A DNA stretch of 63,903 nucleotides, the filler included, from Platydemus manokwari (lineage: Eukaryota), in the NCBI GenBank assembly GCA_037951405.1. It is 6 parts of 6 records of this genome, joined end to end, with 100 filler letters (N's around TTAATTAATTAA, not from the genome) between each part and the next. Parts side by side here need not be neighbours in the genome. Positions count along the whole stretch, not along the records: positions 1 to 11,989 come from JBBMOY010358891.1; positions 12,090 to 21,902 come from JBBMOY011201655.1; 4 more parts are not named here. The stretch is one strand, 5' to 3'. Each line of letters starts with the position of its first letter. The first letter of the stretch is position 1. Positions 1 to 13,330 of the stretch are shown here, in pieces. Below the pieces are notes generated by a model. It did not search any database. It worked only from the letters and a program-made list of their open reading frames with translations, and had not been told where the DNA came from. The translations under genes were made by a program, and so were the position numbers.

Positions 1-130
1 TTTTCTATTTATATTTATATCTATCTATATTTGTATATTTCTATCTTTATTACTTTCTATCTATTTATTTATCTTTATAACTATTTATATTTATCTATAT
101 GTATCAATAATTATCTACATCTATCTAAAG
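1..130. repeat. Degenerate TCTA/TATT low-complexity tract
   Basis: Imperfect tatc/tatt/tcta units with almost no G. Confidence 0.6.
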
Positions 131-1421
131 TCAATTTTAAAATTATAGTTAACATTTTCGAAATTAATAATTATTATTAACGAACGTTATCATAATCATT
201 AATGAGCACTTCACACGAATCAAAACAAAATTCTATTGTTTAAAACTGTTTCGGATAACAATTAGTATCAATAATAAATAGATGCTCATTTTTAAGTGGA
301 TAAAAAATCATTTATTTTCATTAGACCGAGACAAAAATATTTTTAGATTTCATTAATATTCTCTTTCATTAAGAGCAAATCAGTGTAAACAAGATGTCTA
401 TTAATCTAAATTACCTATTTTACAATATATAATATAATAGATCAACACAGTCGTTTTCAATAATTTAAATTTAATTTAAAAACTCTAAAAAAGTAATTTT
501 TAATTTAGAAAAAATTAAACTGGTTTTCATTCAATAAATTTTACAATAATTTATCTTTATACCAATAAACTTTTATCGTAACGATAATGAATAAATTGGA
601 ATTAAATTATCAAATTAATTATCATCACTAGAATGATTTTGTGCGACGAAATGATTTTGTGTTATTGACGAGCCGATATTCACAATGTCAGACCAATTAT
701 TCAGTGATTTGACCCTTGAAAACCCGATTACAACAAAATGGAATTATTCAAAATCACGGAAACGACATTTATGAAACAGCTATATTTAAAACGACGCCAG
801 GAAACTTACAGAATGTCTAGTTTATTAAAACAAATCGGGTCGATATCAAAAGAAATGAATTGAAATGTGTTCGAAATTTCTCTTGCTTTTTGATTTATAG
901 CAAACACAAAAGTTGCCATGGTAAAAACAATAAAACAAGATAATTGTTTAAACAATCGATAATAATAACAACAATAATAAAATGAAGAATATGTTTTAAA
1001 TTATAATAAATAAAAGGCAATTGATGAAGAGAAGATAAGAACAATGAATCCAATAACAAAACTGATCTTTGATATCTTATTACATTTACATATTTATATG
1101 ATATTAAATACTATTTCTATATTAAATGAAATTATTATATATATATATATATGTGCCCTTGATTATGAAAGTGGTATCAGTCATATATTTCTTGTTTGGA
1201 GATATTAAGGGATTTGCATGTTTAAAGATTATTTTAAATAATAAATATAATAATAAATTTTAAAATAGTGTTTTAAAATTTATTATATAAAATGAGATAA
1301 TTTAAAGTTATTGTAATATTGTTACATATAGACCTGATTAAGATCGATATCGAAAATTTCCGGAATTATAATTTGTTTAAAAAATTGTATTAAGTGTTGT
1401 AATTAAATAATTTTTAGGAAA

Positions 1422-1481
1422 ATGAGTTCTTCTGTTGAAACACCAACTACAATCGAAGTAGCTGCTACTAACAAAAATAAA
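1422..1481 (+). CDS. Possible isolated first coding exon (MSSSVETPTTIEVAATNKNK)
   Basis: tttttag acceptor at 1411-1417, ATG at 1422, 20 open codons, phase-0 gtaaat donor at 1482. Downstream partner exon not established. Confidence 0.35.
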
Positions 1482-3628
1482 GTAAATTTTTTTTTAATAA
1501 AAAATGTTTGAACATAACATAATCAAAATATATTTAATAATTACAATGATTTTGCATATTCTGGAATAAAAGATCAAATCTTGGCTCTATTTCCGTCACG
1601 GCTGGTCTCAGCACTAATTTCGAGATCTTTAAAATTCGATCGATATTGTGTCTTAATATAAGTCAGAGTGGAAAATGAAATTTCTCGCGATCTTCCTTTT
1701 GAATAACACTGACTTAAACTGAAAGGTTCGAAAATATAAGTATTTACTGATAACGCAGTTTCACAAAGGATGTCAAACACCGGCATTAGATAATTGAGTA
1801 TTTCGATGAGAACAAAAATTGGCAAAATGCCTATCAAAATCGAGATATCCGCTCATATTGCGAAACGCCATTCAAAATGGCTTGTTATCTATAAATGGGA
1901 TTCATTTTGAAAATCAATATTTTAATTTGATATTAATTTCTCAATCCATTTACAATTTATTGCATTTCATTTATCAAGGAATGAAGTTAGGCAGAAACAA
2001 AATGTCAATACTGGATTTTATGTCATTCTTGATAACAATTTATTTTTCTTTAATAAATCCAAGCACACAGCTAAAATTTTCATCAATTCGGATAGAAATT
2101 ATATTAAAACCTGTCATAAATTTCCATTGTTTCCTGGCAATTTGAAATATGGTCAATTGGATTTCTGATTCTAGGATTTTGATTTGATCGTTTCCGATTT
2201 CTCAGATTTTATTAATTTCATTACTTTATCAACTTCTGCAATGCATTTGTTTGAAGGGAAAATTATGGCTTACAATGACATTTGATGAGATGTTTTATTT
2301 GCTGGTAAAACGGCTTATTAAAAGACAAGTTGAATTTCAGAGAAGCTGAATTACGTGATTCGATCAGTTATGTATGTATAAAGAAAATATTTGATATCTG
2401 AAAAAAATCGACGAGTGTATCAATTAATAAAGTAAATGTGATTTAAAAGTCTTTGGGAACGAGTTTGCCGGTAAATCAGATCGAAATAGAATGAAAGAAT
2501 TTTTAGCGTTACAACGACAACCATATTTATCGCAACCCTAATGGGATTACACTTCAAAATAGTTATCATTGGGTTATCGAAATATATTTTTTTTATTCTT
2601 AGAAGTGTTATGAAAATAAGAAACGAAATTATATTGGTAAAAGATCACGACTGGTTAAGGTTAATAAAGAACCGAAATTTAATTGAGTTATTAAATTAAA
2701 CGAAACATGAAAATAGATTTGGAGACAAATGGCAATAATTTTCATTAAATCAGGTCAAATATCGCTTATGGATCCAAGCGATATGGTTTATCATTGATCT
2801 ATGTCTATTATGATAATTGTTTTCAATCATAAATATCATAGAAGAAAGATTTCATATGGTTAATTAAGGTAGGATTCATTTTAAAATCTAATATTTAAAA
2901 TCTAATTTGATTCTTTATTTTTTACATCAAAAAAGCGTTCTTTAAATACAAAATTTCATTGTTTTCATTAATCTATTTGCATAGTAAAATGTAAATTCAT
3001 GTAAGATGATTTGGATGTTTCTGTTTTACAATTTCCTATCGGTACGTGTGGTTTTAATATGCCTCCAGCGTGTGGTTTTTAATATGCCTCTTGCAACGGA
3101 TTATTTAATATATTACACTAACTTGCGTCACAAATATATGTGTGTTTTCAGATCCCTTGTAGTTACATAATAAAAATATTGTTTTATTGTGGATAATTGT
3201 GACCTAACACTGGTATTAATGAATTGATAAAGCCGCCGTTAATTCACCGGGAAACGGCAAATGATGAATTATGAAATGATAAACTCATAAAATAATAATT
3301 AAATATCGCTATTATATAATTTTATAAAAAATGCTTTCTCGGAGAGCAGAATAATAATAGATTGAGTTTAAGTATATTAAAATTGAGTAGAAATTATTTC
3401 ATCAAGATAATTTGAAGAGTAATTTTCTGAGATAAAACTGTACATGAAATTATCCGAATTAGAAAATTTTGATGTCTACAATAATTTTTCAAATATAGAA
3501 CTACGTTAATATAATTAATTCTTAATAATTTATTTCGTTATTCATTGCTTATTTTATTTTCTATATTTATCAATTTTATTAACAATATTACTATTAGCAC
3601 AAGCGAAACCATTAACATTTTCAATTAA

Positions 3629-4530
3629 AGTTAAAAAAAGGGTTCATAAAATAAAATTTTAAATATGTTGAGCGTATTGCAATAACCTATATAGTTTATT
3701 TAATTAAAATCTTAAAAACATGTTAAATGTTTTCCTTAAGTACTTAAAAAGAACTTCAGTTGTATGAAACCAAATATTATATACACCGGAGCTTTAAAAT
3801 CTACTAAGAGTTCATTACTTGAAAAAAGAGTCAACGTAAATTAAAATGAAATTTATTGAAAATTATAGAGAACCTCTATTTTAAACATTAGAAGAAAATC
3901 AAATGACATGCAAGATTTTTAGAGTTATTTTATATAGTTATTCGGAAATCATTTAGAAACTAGGTACTTGTACTTAGAATATTAATCTTTATTTAATATA
4001 TTTAATACATAGATCCAAAACCTGTCGACGAGGTAATGAAATAATGATTTCACTCAAATCAAATAAATCGAAGCATTGGAGATGCCACAAATTTAAAAGC
4101 TACTTGGCTAAAAGATCTGGCCCTGTCCCTTTTCGACATTCTAAATATAAGATATTTGTTGTGCACGGGGCCCACATAAAAAGTGTATAAGCAAATGACC
4201 CCGTAAGCAAATCAACAATCACAAAATGGTAAAAAAATTTATCAAAATAAAACTAAGAAATTAAAATTATTTATTAAGGTACAAAATTTGTAAATTTCGA
4301 GCCTAAGAAGAAATAGTGCGGCACGGAAAATTGATTGGAGGCCGAAATATTGTCTTGGAAATGCACAAGACCTATTTTTGATGGGCATCGAAGATGGTAT
4401 TTGAGCTATCAGGGAGATATAATTAGAGGAATTTCTTCGTAAACAGAAGTTTTCTATTTAAAATTATACTTTCTTTTAATTGTGAGTGGGTAAAACCAAG
4501 ATCCACAATTTTTTATCTAAAATTGAATTT
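3629..4530 (+). mobile_element. Non-autonomous TIR DNA element, copy 1 (3' end missing or diverged)
   Basis: Starts TAA|AGTTAAAAAAAGGG and is collinear with 7308-8350 through shared blocks such as gaaactaggtac, taagcaaa-caacaat and gacctatttttga. No right TIR found. Confidence 0.75.
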
Positions 4531-7307
4531 CTCATAGGCAAAAGCATTTTTTGACAATAATCTCAGAATTATATTTATATATTTTCTGGATTGGTTTCAT
4601 TTTATACACGAACTACTATTTTTTTGGACATTAAAATGATCCAATATTTTATTTTCATTAAATACTTTTCTGGGTTAGAATATCAATCGGAGATCGTTAT
4701 TTATATATTTAATGTCATTGCTAAATTACAGTACTATTAGAAGACGAAAATTCATATTCTCTCTCCATAAATATATTATTTCAAATGATATTATTCGTCC
4801 AGATTATCGAATAACAAAATTTTAATCCTCTCACTTCCTCATCAGCGAAATGCACGGTTCAGTGATGCAGAATACTTGATAAAATTATTCAACCTAAACC
4901 GCTCCGATTTCTACTATACCAGAATCAAATTCATGAAATTAAGTTGATTTTTAGGATTTGTACAAAGTTCTTCAATTTCTACCGAGAATATTCAATTATT
5001 ATTCCAATAATACATTTTCAATATTACAAGAGATCTCACTAGCATGCAATTTCACCATTTTTTCTTGATCTTCCACATATTTTTATCTGAAATCCATTAT
5101 GTTCTTTTTGCTTAGCTTTTTTTTCGATGAAAAGATTTTTAATTATGGGCTCATGACTGCTATGATTTTTATTAGGTACAAATAAAACTGCTTTATTTCG
5201 TCTATGATACTTTGTATATTCTAGATCATTTATAACTATACTATATCTAGTCTGTAGTGGTTTTGAATTAATCAGACTTTGACAACACTTTCATCAATCG
5301 TTTATATTTTTTAATTTTCATTTCCATTGATTTTTTGAATGATGTATTGATACTTATCTCAATGTCAATTTTAATATCACGGCATTATCAAATAAATCAT
5401 CAAAACTTTGATAAAATAATTTAATTTAATATATTTTTTATTAAAAAATAATGAAAATTCATAAAATCTAATAAGAAATTAATATCCTATAACTTGGTTA
5501 ATACTGTAAATAGTATTAAAAGTCATTTTACCGGAAATCAAGAAATAATACCAAATAAACCATTGAAACTTAATTGTTGAAATTGAGAGTTGAAGAATTA
5601 AGCATTCCAATAGCATTCAGATATGTTTATGGTTATGATTGATAATATGTTGATAATCATTATTTATAATGAAGTTCAAAATTAATGAAATGATGAATTT
5701 TTAGTCGGGTTGCTTTTGTTAGGCTATCAACTGACACTGAATGCTGAAAATTTTAATTTGAATCACAATGAATTACGCACTCATCTCGGTCACGAATACT
5801 ATTAAAAATCACAAATAACCAACAAATCACTGAAGGTGAGATCAGCACCTGAAAGCCTAATTCGATATTAACAAAACAGATTGTTTCCGATGACTATTAG
5901 ACATTATAAAAAACTAAATTTAAAGGGGAGATAAAATTTATCTAGTATAAACATAAAAATCTTCACGATGCGGTGGCACAAGTCCTCACATATTTTTATA
6001 AAATTGGTTAATCCTTTGATACGTCCGTTAAGTTTGCTTGTTTGAGATTCTTAGAGAATTGCTCGATTATCTTATTGCTCATATCTGAACACCAAAAGGG
6101 CATCACACTTTTTTCACTATTTATTGAATATTAATTCTCGATTTTACGAAAAAACAAAGTGATGCGTCTAGTTCTGTTAAATGAAATTGAATCTCACTGA
6201 TACACTCTGAAATATAAAATGTCTTTGAAAGGAAAAGTTATTTCCTAGAACATACTTCAGCAAGTTGTGGCATTGAGATAATTTTAAGCAGTAATAATCT
6301 ATATAATAATCATTAATTTAAATTCACATCACCATGGCAACGGATCAGATAACAATCCTGATCTACAAATCACTGAAAAATGAATCATAAACCCATAAAC
6401 CAACCACGATATAAACAGATACAGAATTAAGAACCCCACACACGATTTTATGACAAAGCTCTTTGAATATTTGATTCTGTTATAGTCTGAATCTTCCCGT
6501 AGTTAGCTCATTAATAAGCAATATATAATATGTACAAGCCATAGGCAGTTAATGGAACTCATAAGCAAAACAAATGCATCTAAACAACTCTGACTTAAAT
6601 TATTCAACCGTTGCTACTGACATGCGTCATTGACAAATTATTTATGGGTAATTTTATTGTCGAGAATCATTATGTTCATTTAACTAATTTTATTATTTAA
6701 AGGCCGTGTTATTCTTATTTAATTGTTCTAGCGATTTGCATTTTGTGGCAATTTTTAAAATTCTATTAAAACGGCTTAATAATGATGGAAACCACTGATC
6801 AGCACAACCCAAGGCGAACATTTGGTCTATGTTAATTGAATTAATTATTAATTAAATTAATTAATTATCTGTTATAATTGTACGCCATCTTACTCATACT
6901 TTGAAATCATCGACATCTATTGAGAAATCCTCTTTGTTCAGTAATAGGGTTTCTTTGTTCTAACTGTTGTAAACACCCGGATTTCTTTTCACTTATCATT
7001 GTAATTGTTTATCAAATATATTTATAATAAACGGTATTGTTCTCAATAATTACCGGTAATCGATGATTATGTAACATAAGATCAATATCCCTTAAGACAA
7101 CACCGTAATTGTTGTGACAAGAATAAATGAGTTATTTAATCTGCGAATAATTCAAGCTAACAATTCACATTTTCTTTTCCTAAGAATTAGATATTCATTA
7201 TCTTCACTGAAGTGAAGAGGGGAATAATTATTATTACCCGACAGATCAAAAATAACTTAAAACCAATAAATTATAATTAAAATAACACCATTGAAATATT
7301 TGGCTAA

Positions 7308-8453
7308 AGTTAAAAAAAGGGTCCTACAATAAAATTTTAAAATTGTGGAGTGTATTGCAAAAATCTATATAGATTATTTAATTAAATTCTTTAATAACTT
7401 TTTGAATTTTTTATTTTAGTGCTTGAGTAAAATTTTAGTTATTTAGAATCAAATATTACATGCATAGGATTTTTAAAATCTACTAAAAATTAATTATTTG
7501 AAAAGCGGGTCAAAGTAGGTCACGATGCAATTAATTGAAAATTAGCGAGGACCTCTTTTTTAACATTAGAAGCAAATGGAATTATATATAAAATTTTTAG
7601 AGTTATTTTATAAAAAAGTTACTTGGAAGTCATTAAGAAATGCCAGGAACTAGGTACCCGTGTTTTAACTCAAAATAAGTATATTAATATCTATTTAATA
7701 GTTTGGATACATATATACCAAACCTCTCGATACTGTAATGAAATGAAGATTTCATCCAAATTAAATAAATACATAAGAAGTTTCGGAACTCGAATAGGAG
7801 CTTGGTTCAATCATTCGGTCTTGTTCCTTTTTAACATTATGAATAAGATATCTCTTCTACACGGGACTCACACAAAAAATGTATTGGCAATATGACCACT
7901 ATAAGCAAACCAACAATGAAGAAATATTTACAAATTTTATTAAAATTAAACTAAGAATTTAAAATTATTTATTGAGGTACAAAATTTACAAGTTTTCAAT
8001 AAATACAAACCCATCAATAAATAGTTTGGCATATAAAAATAATTGGATGCCGAAATATAGTCTTAGAAATTGATGGGACCTATTTTTGAGGGGCAAATAT
8101 AATAATGGACGCCGAAGACATTGTATTTGAGCTTTTGAAAGACTGTAGACAAATAATAAGAAAGAATTGCTTTCTATTTCTAGTTTACAACCGAAGCGCA
8201 TCGACTCTAAAAGCAATAAATACAAGTTAATTAGAAATTTTATATTTAAAATGTTACTTTTATTTAATTGCCTGTTTGGGAAACCATGATCCATAATATA
8301 TAAGGATTGTTAGAGTTGTTTTTTCATTTTTCATCTAAATTTGAATTTTAAGCAAAATTTTCATTAAATTATAATTAAAAATAAATTTTTATATTAAATT
8401 AAGCTCGAAAATACATTGCATTAATATTGGGTCAAAGGGCCCTTTTCTTAACT
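7308..8453 (+). mobile_element. Non-autonomous TIR DNA element, copy 2 (complete), PIF/Harbinger-like
   Basis: Left end AGTTAAAAAAAGGGTCC and right end GGGCCCTTTTCTTAACT are imperfect inverted repeats. Flanked by TAA at 7305-7307 and 8454-8456. A 3-bp TAA/TTA TSD is typical of PIF/Harbinger. No transposase ORF. Confidence 0.75.
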
Positions 8454-8874
8454 TAACCCATTTAATGTATTTATTTAAAGCTTACATCGAAATATTAATT
8501 TGCCGTTCGATAGAATTTTGCAAAATGTTAGAAATTATTGATGGTACAATGTTTCTTAAGAATACATTGTTCAAATACATGTAATTAGAATTCAACAAAA
8601 ATCTTATTTAAAAGTTCTATATCACGAAATAAAATATACCAAGTTTTATAATAATTAATTTTCAGATAATGGTAAATATTTTAACATGGCACAATAATTG
8701 TTTATATTTAAATCATGTTTATATCTTTATTAACTAAAATTATAAATATTAATTCGAAGGTAAATTTGAAACGTAAATTTAATTTTTTAAAAATTAAATT
8801 AACATTAAAATCTTTATGATATTTATTATGTCATTATATGATATTAATTTTTTTAGTAGAGGTTGTTGTCAACC

Positions 8875-9656
8875 ATGGAAAAAGACAGTATAAAAGCTTG
8901 CTGCAAAGCTGGAAAGCCATTAGGTGATGCATACATCGGTGTTGGAAAGGAATTAAATTTAACAGAAGATTTGAAAATATATCAAGTAGGAAGTGGAAAT
9001 AAAAATGGTGTTATTTTGGTATATGATATTTTCGGCCTTGATATTTCTCAAACGAGAAGATTTGCTGATTTATTATCTGAGAATTCGTTGAATGTTGTCA
9101 TTGCTGACCATTTCCGTGGAAATCCGTGGAGTTTAGCTAATTTTCCACCCAAGGATTATGGTGAATTAATGAAATGGCTTACTGAAGCAGGTTCGTATAC
9201 ATTAGTTGAAAAGGTATCTTTGCAATAGATATATTCTCGTTAAATCTCTTGTAGGATTTGAATTTAGTAAGAGATCATTTAAAGAAAACCGGAGCACATG
9301 GAAAACCTGGTATTTTGGGGTTTTGTTGGGGAGGTAAAATGGCAATGATGGCTTGTCAGAGTGATTTGTTCATTGGTGGAATTTCAATTCATGGTGCACA
9401 AATTACTCCTGAATTGGCGAAAAATGTTAAAGTTCCAATGATGTTCCTTCCTGCTAGCGATGATCCATCTCTAGATTCGGTGGAAGAAATATTGAATTCG
9501 AAGCCATTTGGGAAAGATTGTGTTTATTATCGATTTGATAATATGACTCACGGATTTGCTGCTGCAAGGGGGAATTGGGATGATGTTCAAAATCGAGAAG
9601 CGGTTCTTAAAGCAATTTCCATGTCTCAGGCTTTCTTAAATAAATTGAATAACTAA
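8875..9656 (+). CDS. Dienelactone hydrolase / carboxymethylenebutenolidase-family alpha/beta hydrolase (exons 8875-9213, 9255-9656)
   Basis: A 41-nt GT-AG intron (9214-9254) joins the two ORFs in frame. Motifs YDIFG, GFCWGG (Cys nucleophile), PASDD and THGF give the Cys-Asp-His triad. The N-terminus may extend upstream. Confidence 0.93.
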
Positions 9657-11989
9657 ATTCCAAATGTGAATTATACCATGATTATTTTTTATAGTTGAAA
9701 ATTTATTAAATATTTTTTGTTTCATTGATTCGGAATAATCGTTGGAATTCATTTTTAATTGTTTTTGAATTGGAATTTTTAATTATTTTAATGATAAAAT
9801 TTGTTTTGTTTAAATTTTATTTGGTTAAAAATGTTTGAATTAAACGACAAGTTGAGATCACCTGCAATTCTGAAGAAGCTCAACTGCTTTGAATTAATTT
9901 GAGGATAAAGGCTGGTGTTAGTAGATTTAGTGTTATTTTACTTATAAGTAGATAATACTAGTTGTTTAATAATTGATATTTTACTGTATGTCAAAAAATT
10001 ATTTACTATTTCAGTGTCCCAATGCCTTCAACGATCAGTATCTAAATAAAAGGCATTTCTATATAGCAATATTTATTTTGAATGTTTAATTCTTCAAATA
10101 TTTGTGCTTCTGGTTGTCAATCGTTGTGTAATTAAAATCAAAACATACTAGAATAACAAAATATTTTAAAAAGTTAGAAATAGAACCGCTGTGGAAATGA
10201 TACAAGACGATAAATCAACGGTTCATCGATTATTTTGCATGACGAGATTTATAATCGTACTTCGACTTTAAATACTAGATTTGGTCGACGATTGTATAAA
10301 TTGCAGTAAAACCAGTTACCTATAAATCATGAAATTACAAAATTTGCAACCAGTCATAAACATTAAGCTGTCAATCATATTGTTTAATGATCTGTTATTA
10401 TCAAAATTAAAATAATTAGCATCATTTGATTGAATTGATGAAATTCGAATAATTGATTTTTTAAAAATACTATTGGTTTTGTGAATTTTTGTGATTAACA
10501 TTATTATTAAGGTCAAGCAGTTCATCGTGTCATAACGAACTTCTAGTAAAATATGAAAATTGGTACTAAGTATTTGGAATTTGATCAAGTATTTATTTAA
10601 ATTAATCAAAACTTGTATCATCCAGGACTATTCTCAAATTGGTCAATAATAAATTGTTAGATTTCTATATAAACTTTGTTAAGATAATAATTCAACATTA
10701 ATACAAACATGTAATTGTTACTTTTGTGATCCTTTTAATTGTTAAACTATTTTTGGGTCCCATACCCACAACAGACAGAAACAATAATTAATACAAAAAT
10801 TAAAATTAAAAATTGATCCGAAATAAAAATAGTAACAATAGAATACTAAATTTGAAAGAAGAAATAATAAGGTCTGAAAATAGTCAGAAAATTATAAAAA
10901 ATAGAGCAAATAAAATACGAAAATATAAGCATAACTAAACAAAGAAAAGATAAAATGTATAAATATACCCAAAAATGGCTGGCCCGCGGTCATTATTATG
11001 ATATGCACATTATTACATAAACGTCTATTATTATAAGACGACAATTCCAGAAAACACCCTATTATTGTATAATCAGCCCACAAGCAAGTATTTTTAAACA
11101 AACGCACACAGAAAATTATGCGTCGATTATTCTAATTGTGAGAAACAAATCCTATTAAAAGAAAAATCGATTGAGGGAAAGGGAATAACCAGACAAAACG
11201 AAGAAAATTGACTGACAAATTATTATTATTTCATCACCTATATTGATTTCCATTTTCAAGTAATTTTGATTTGTTAAAATGACTTTTATATTAATGAATT
11301 TATATGGCTTTAACCTAACTTTAAATGGATTGGACTCAGTCCAATCATTCAGTTAATTAAACCTAACTTATTAGCGTAAGTCGATCTTGACAAAAGAGAA
11401 TGCTGGCACATATTGGCCCAAGCCTTAACAAGTCAATCAACAGCAAGGCTCTTGTGGTGAAAGCACATGAGACTCAAATTTATTTCTATAGGAATAATAA
11501 AACCGTATGTAAAACACGTAATTAAAAGCTTGGTTATTGCTTTGTTTATTCTGTAATCTATTTTATTAACATGTTATTAATTTGTAATTGCTTTATAATT
11601 TCCATTATATATTATTAAACAGTATTCATTATTTCCATTGGAGTCAGATATCGCTTTTTATTTATAGATTTGTTGGTATCCTATTTATAAGTCTATATTT
11701 TCTTATTCATAATATTTTTATAATACCTATAATGGTCAATATTATTGGCTCCTACTGATACTATCTGCGTCTTATCATCTCTCCGGAATTCTGATGACCA
11801 CTCATATTAATAAACCTGTTGGGGTTCTGGCCCAACCAGTTGATTAAAACAATTAATTTACATTGAAAAATGTGTGCATGACAGTACGTATCAAATGTGT
11901 ATTAATTTTTATTGTATTAATTTTTATTTTTTATCTATGTGTATTTTTATGACCTTCACTTTCTGGAGAAAAGATCTGTTTAAAATATT

Positions 11990-12089
11990 NNNNNNNNNNN
12001 NNNNNNNNNNNNNNNNNNNNNNNNNNNNNNNNNTTAATTAATTAANNNNNNNNNNNNNNNNNNNNNNNNNNNNNNNNNNNNNNNNNNNN
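11990..12089. other. Assembly gap spacer (N44-TTAATTAATTAA-N44)
   Basis: The same 100-nt spacer recurs five times; its core has stops in all six frames. Confidence 0.98.
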
Positions 12090-12090
12090 T

Positions 12091-12169
<79 letters not shown>

Positions 12170-12170
12170 T
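12090..12170. repeat. (ATTT)n microsatellite
   Basis: About 20 perfect tetranucleotide units at the contig edge; reads (TAAA)n on the minus strand. Confidence 0.95.
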
Positions 12171-13330
12171 GGCGACATAAATCGTCCTGATCCTATTATA
12201 ATAACTACAAAACTTATACAATAATATCAATCATGTACAATGCACTACATCATATTACACGAACGCTGCGAATTGATCACTGAAAATGAAGTATTCAATA
12301 AATAATGTAAAACTATTTTCTGGTAGCTTCTTGAAATGGGAAGATTCTATGTTTTACCTCTACTTATAAATTCTTTTTCTTTGTAGATGTTTGGGTTTAG
12401 TCCTTACTATCGACTTTAAATACGAATCCATTGCTTGGTACTGATTTTTTGTTTTAAATCATCCCATAATTGGTTGATGTGGACTTATTATTTTACAAAT
12501 TATGTTTGTAATGAATAAGTGTCGTTTAGCGAAAACCTTTGCATTTTCATTAAAGATCGTCGTATTGCGTCTTGAAAAAATATTACTGGCATATGTATTA
12601 AAGGGCATCGCCATTTACCGAAAGCAAAATAGTAGTATTAATGTTTATATCGTCACATCCTAGCGAGTCTGTCTGAAATTTTACAATAATAATTCTCAAG
12701 ATCATCATCAGGGAATAATTGAGAAACATAAATCGATATTATTAATCAAGATGCAAAAAAATAAAATATTTCCCATTGAAATTTGTGGCGAAAATTTCTC
12801 TCATCAAAATTGATGGAATAAAAATTTTTAATTATCGTTTATTATGAAGATAAATCTTATTGGCTATTGTTACGAATTTGGGGAAAAGACTACTTTTGCA
12901 TGTGATTTGCTCATAATATTTTATCGGGCATGACTTCATGACGTTCTCGCTGAGTAACATGATCGTTGGTTTCTGCTGGAAGCGATATAATAATTGAAGG
13001 GTTCGGTTAAATCCCCATTATATAATTTTCTTTTCTGTGGATTATAATTGTTTTATAGTCGAAGAATTTAATAGACATCTCAGGTGGTTGAAGTCTAAAC
13101 GTTCTTTGGCCGTATTGCAGTCGTGATTGACAAAGATTCAGATATTATATCTGATATGGGTTTATGATTATGAGGTATATTAGGAACACACCTGGACTAG
13201 GGAAATCTTGTAATACTCGGGGATTTCCATATCGGAAATGCGTTAATTTGCATGTGTCCTTGCATTAATTTTATTTTTTTCCCGGTGATTCAGTAGCTGT
13301 CATTCAATAATAAGTCACAGCGACATCGGT
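12090..13330 (-). mobile_element. Probable decayed non-LTR (LINE) retrotransposon with (TAAA)n tail
   Basis: A (TAAA)n tail is typical of L2/CR1-type LINE 3' ends. Upstream sequence is broken coding-like DNA with a GDF-like APE remnant; no clean RT motif. Confidence 0.3.

Noticed and set aside
4560-5400. Minus-strand coding-like remnant containing IVEIGAV
   Set aside because: Single short motif amid stops; cannot support an exonuclease call.
8453-8467. piggyBac-like TTAACCCATTT end (similar strings at 22884 and, reversed, at 60512)
   Set aside because: At 8453 it is created by the TIR element end plus its TAA TSD; the others have no paired terminus or transposase.
12034-12045. Recurrent TTAATTAATTAA palindrome (5 copies)
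   Set aside because: Always centred in a 100-nt N run; it is an assembly linker, not biology. ORF 21947-22141 is an artefact of it.
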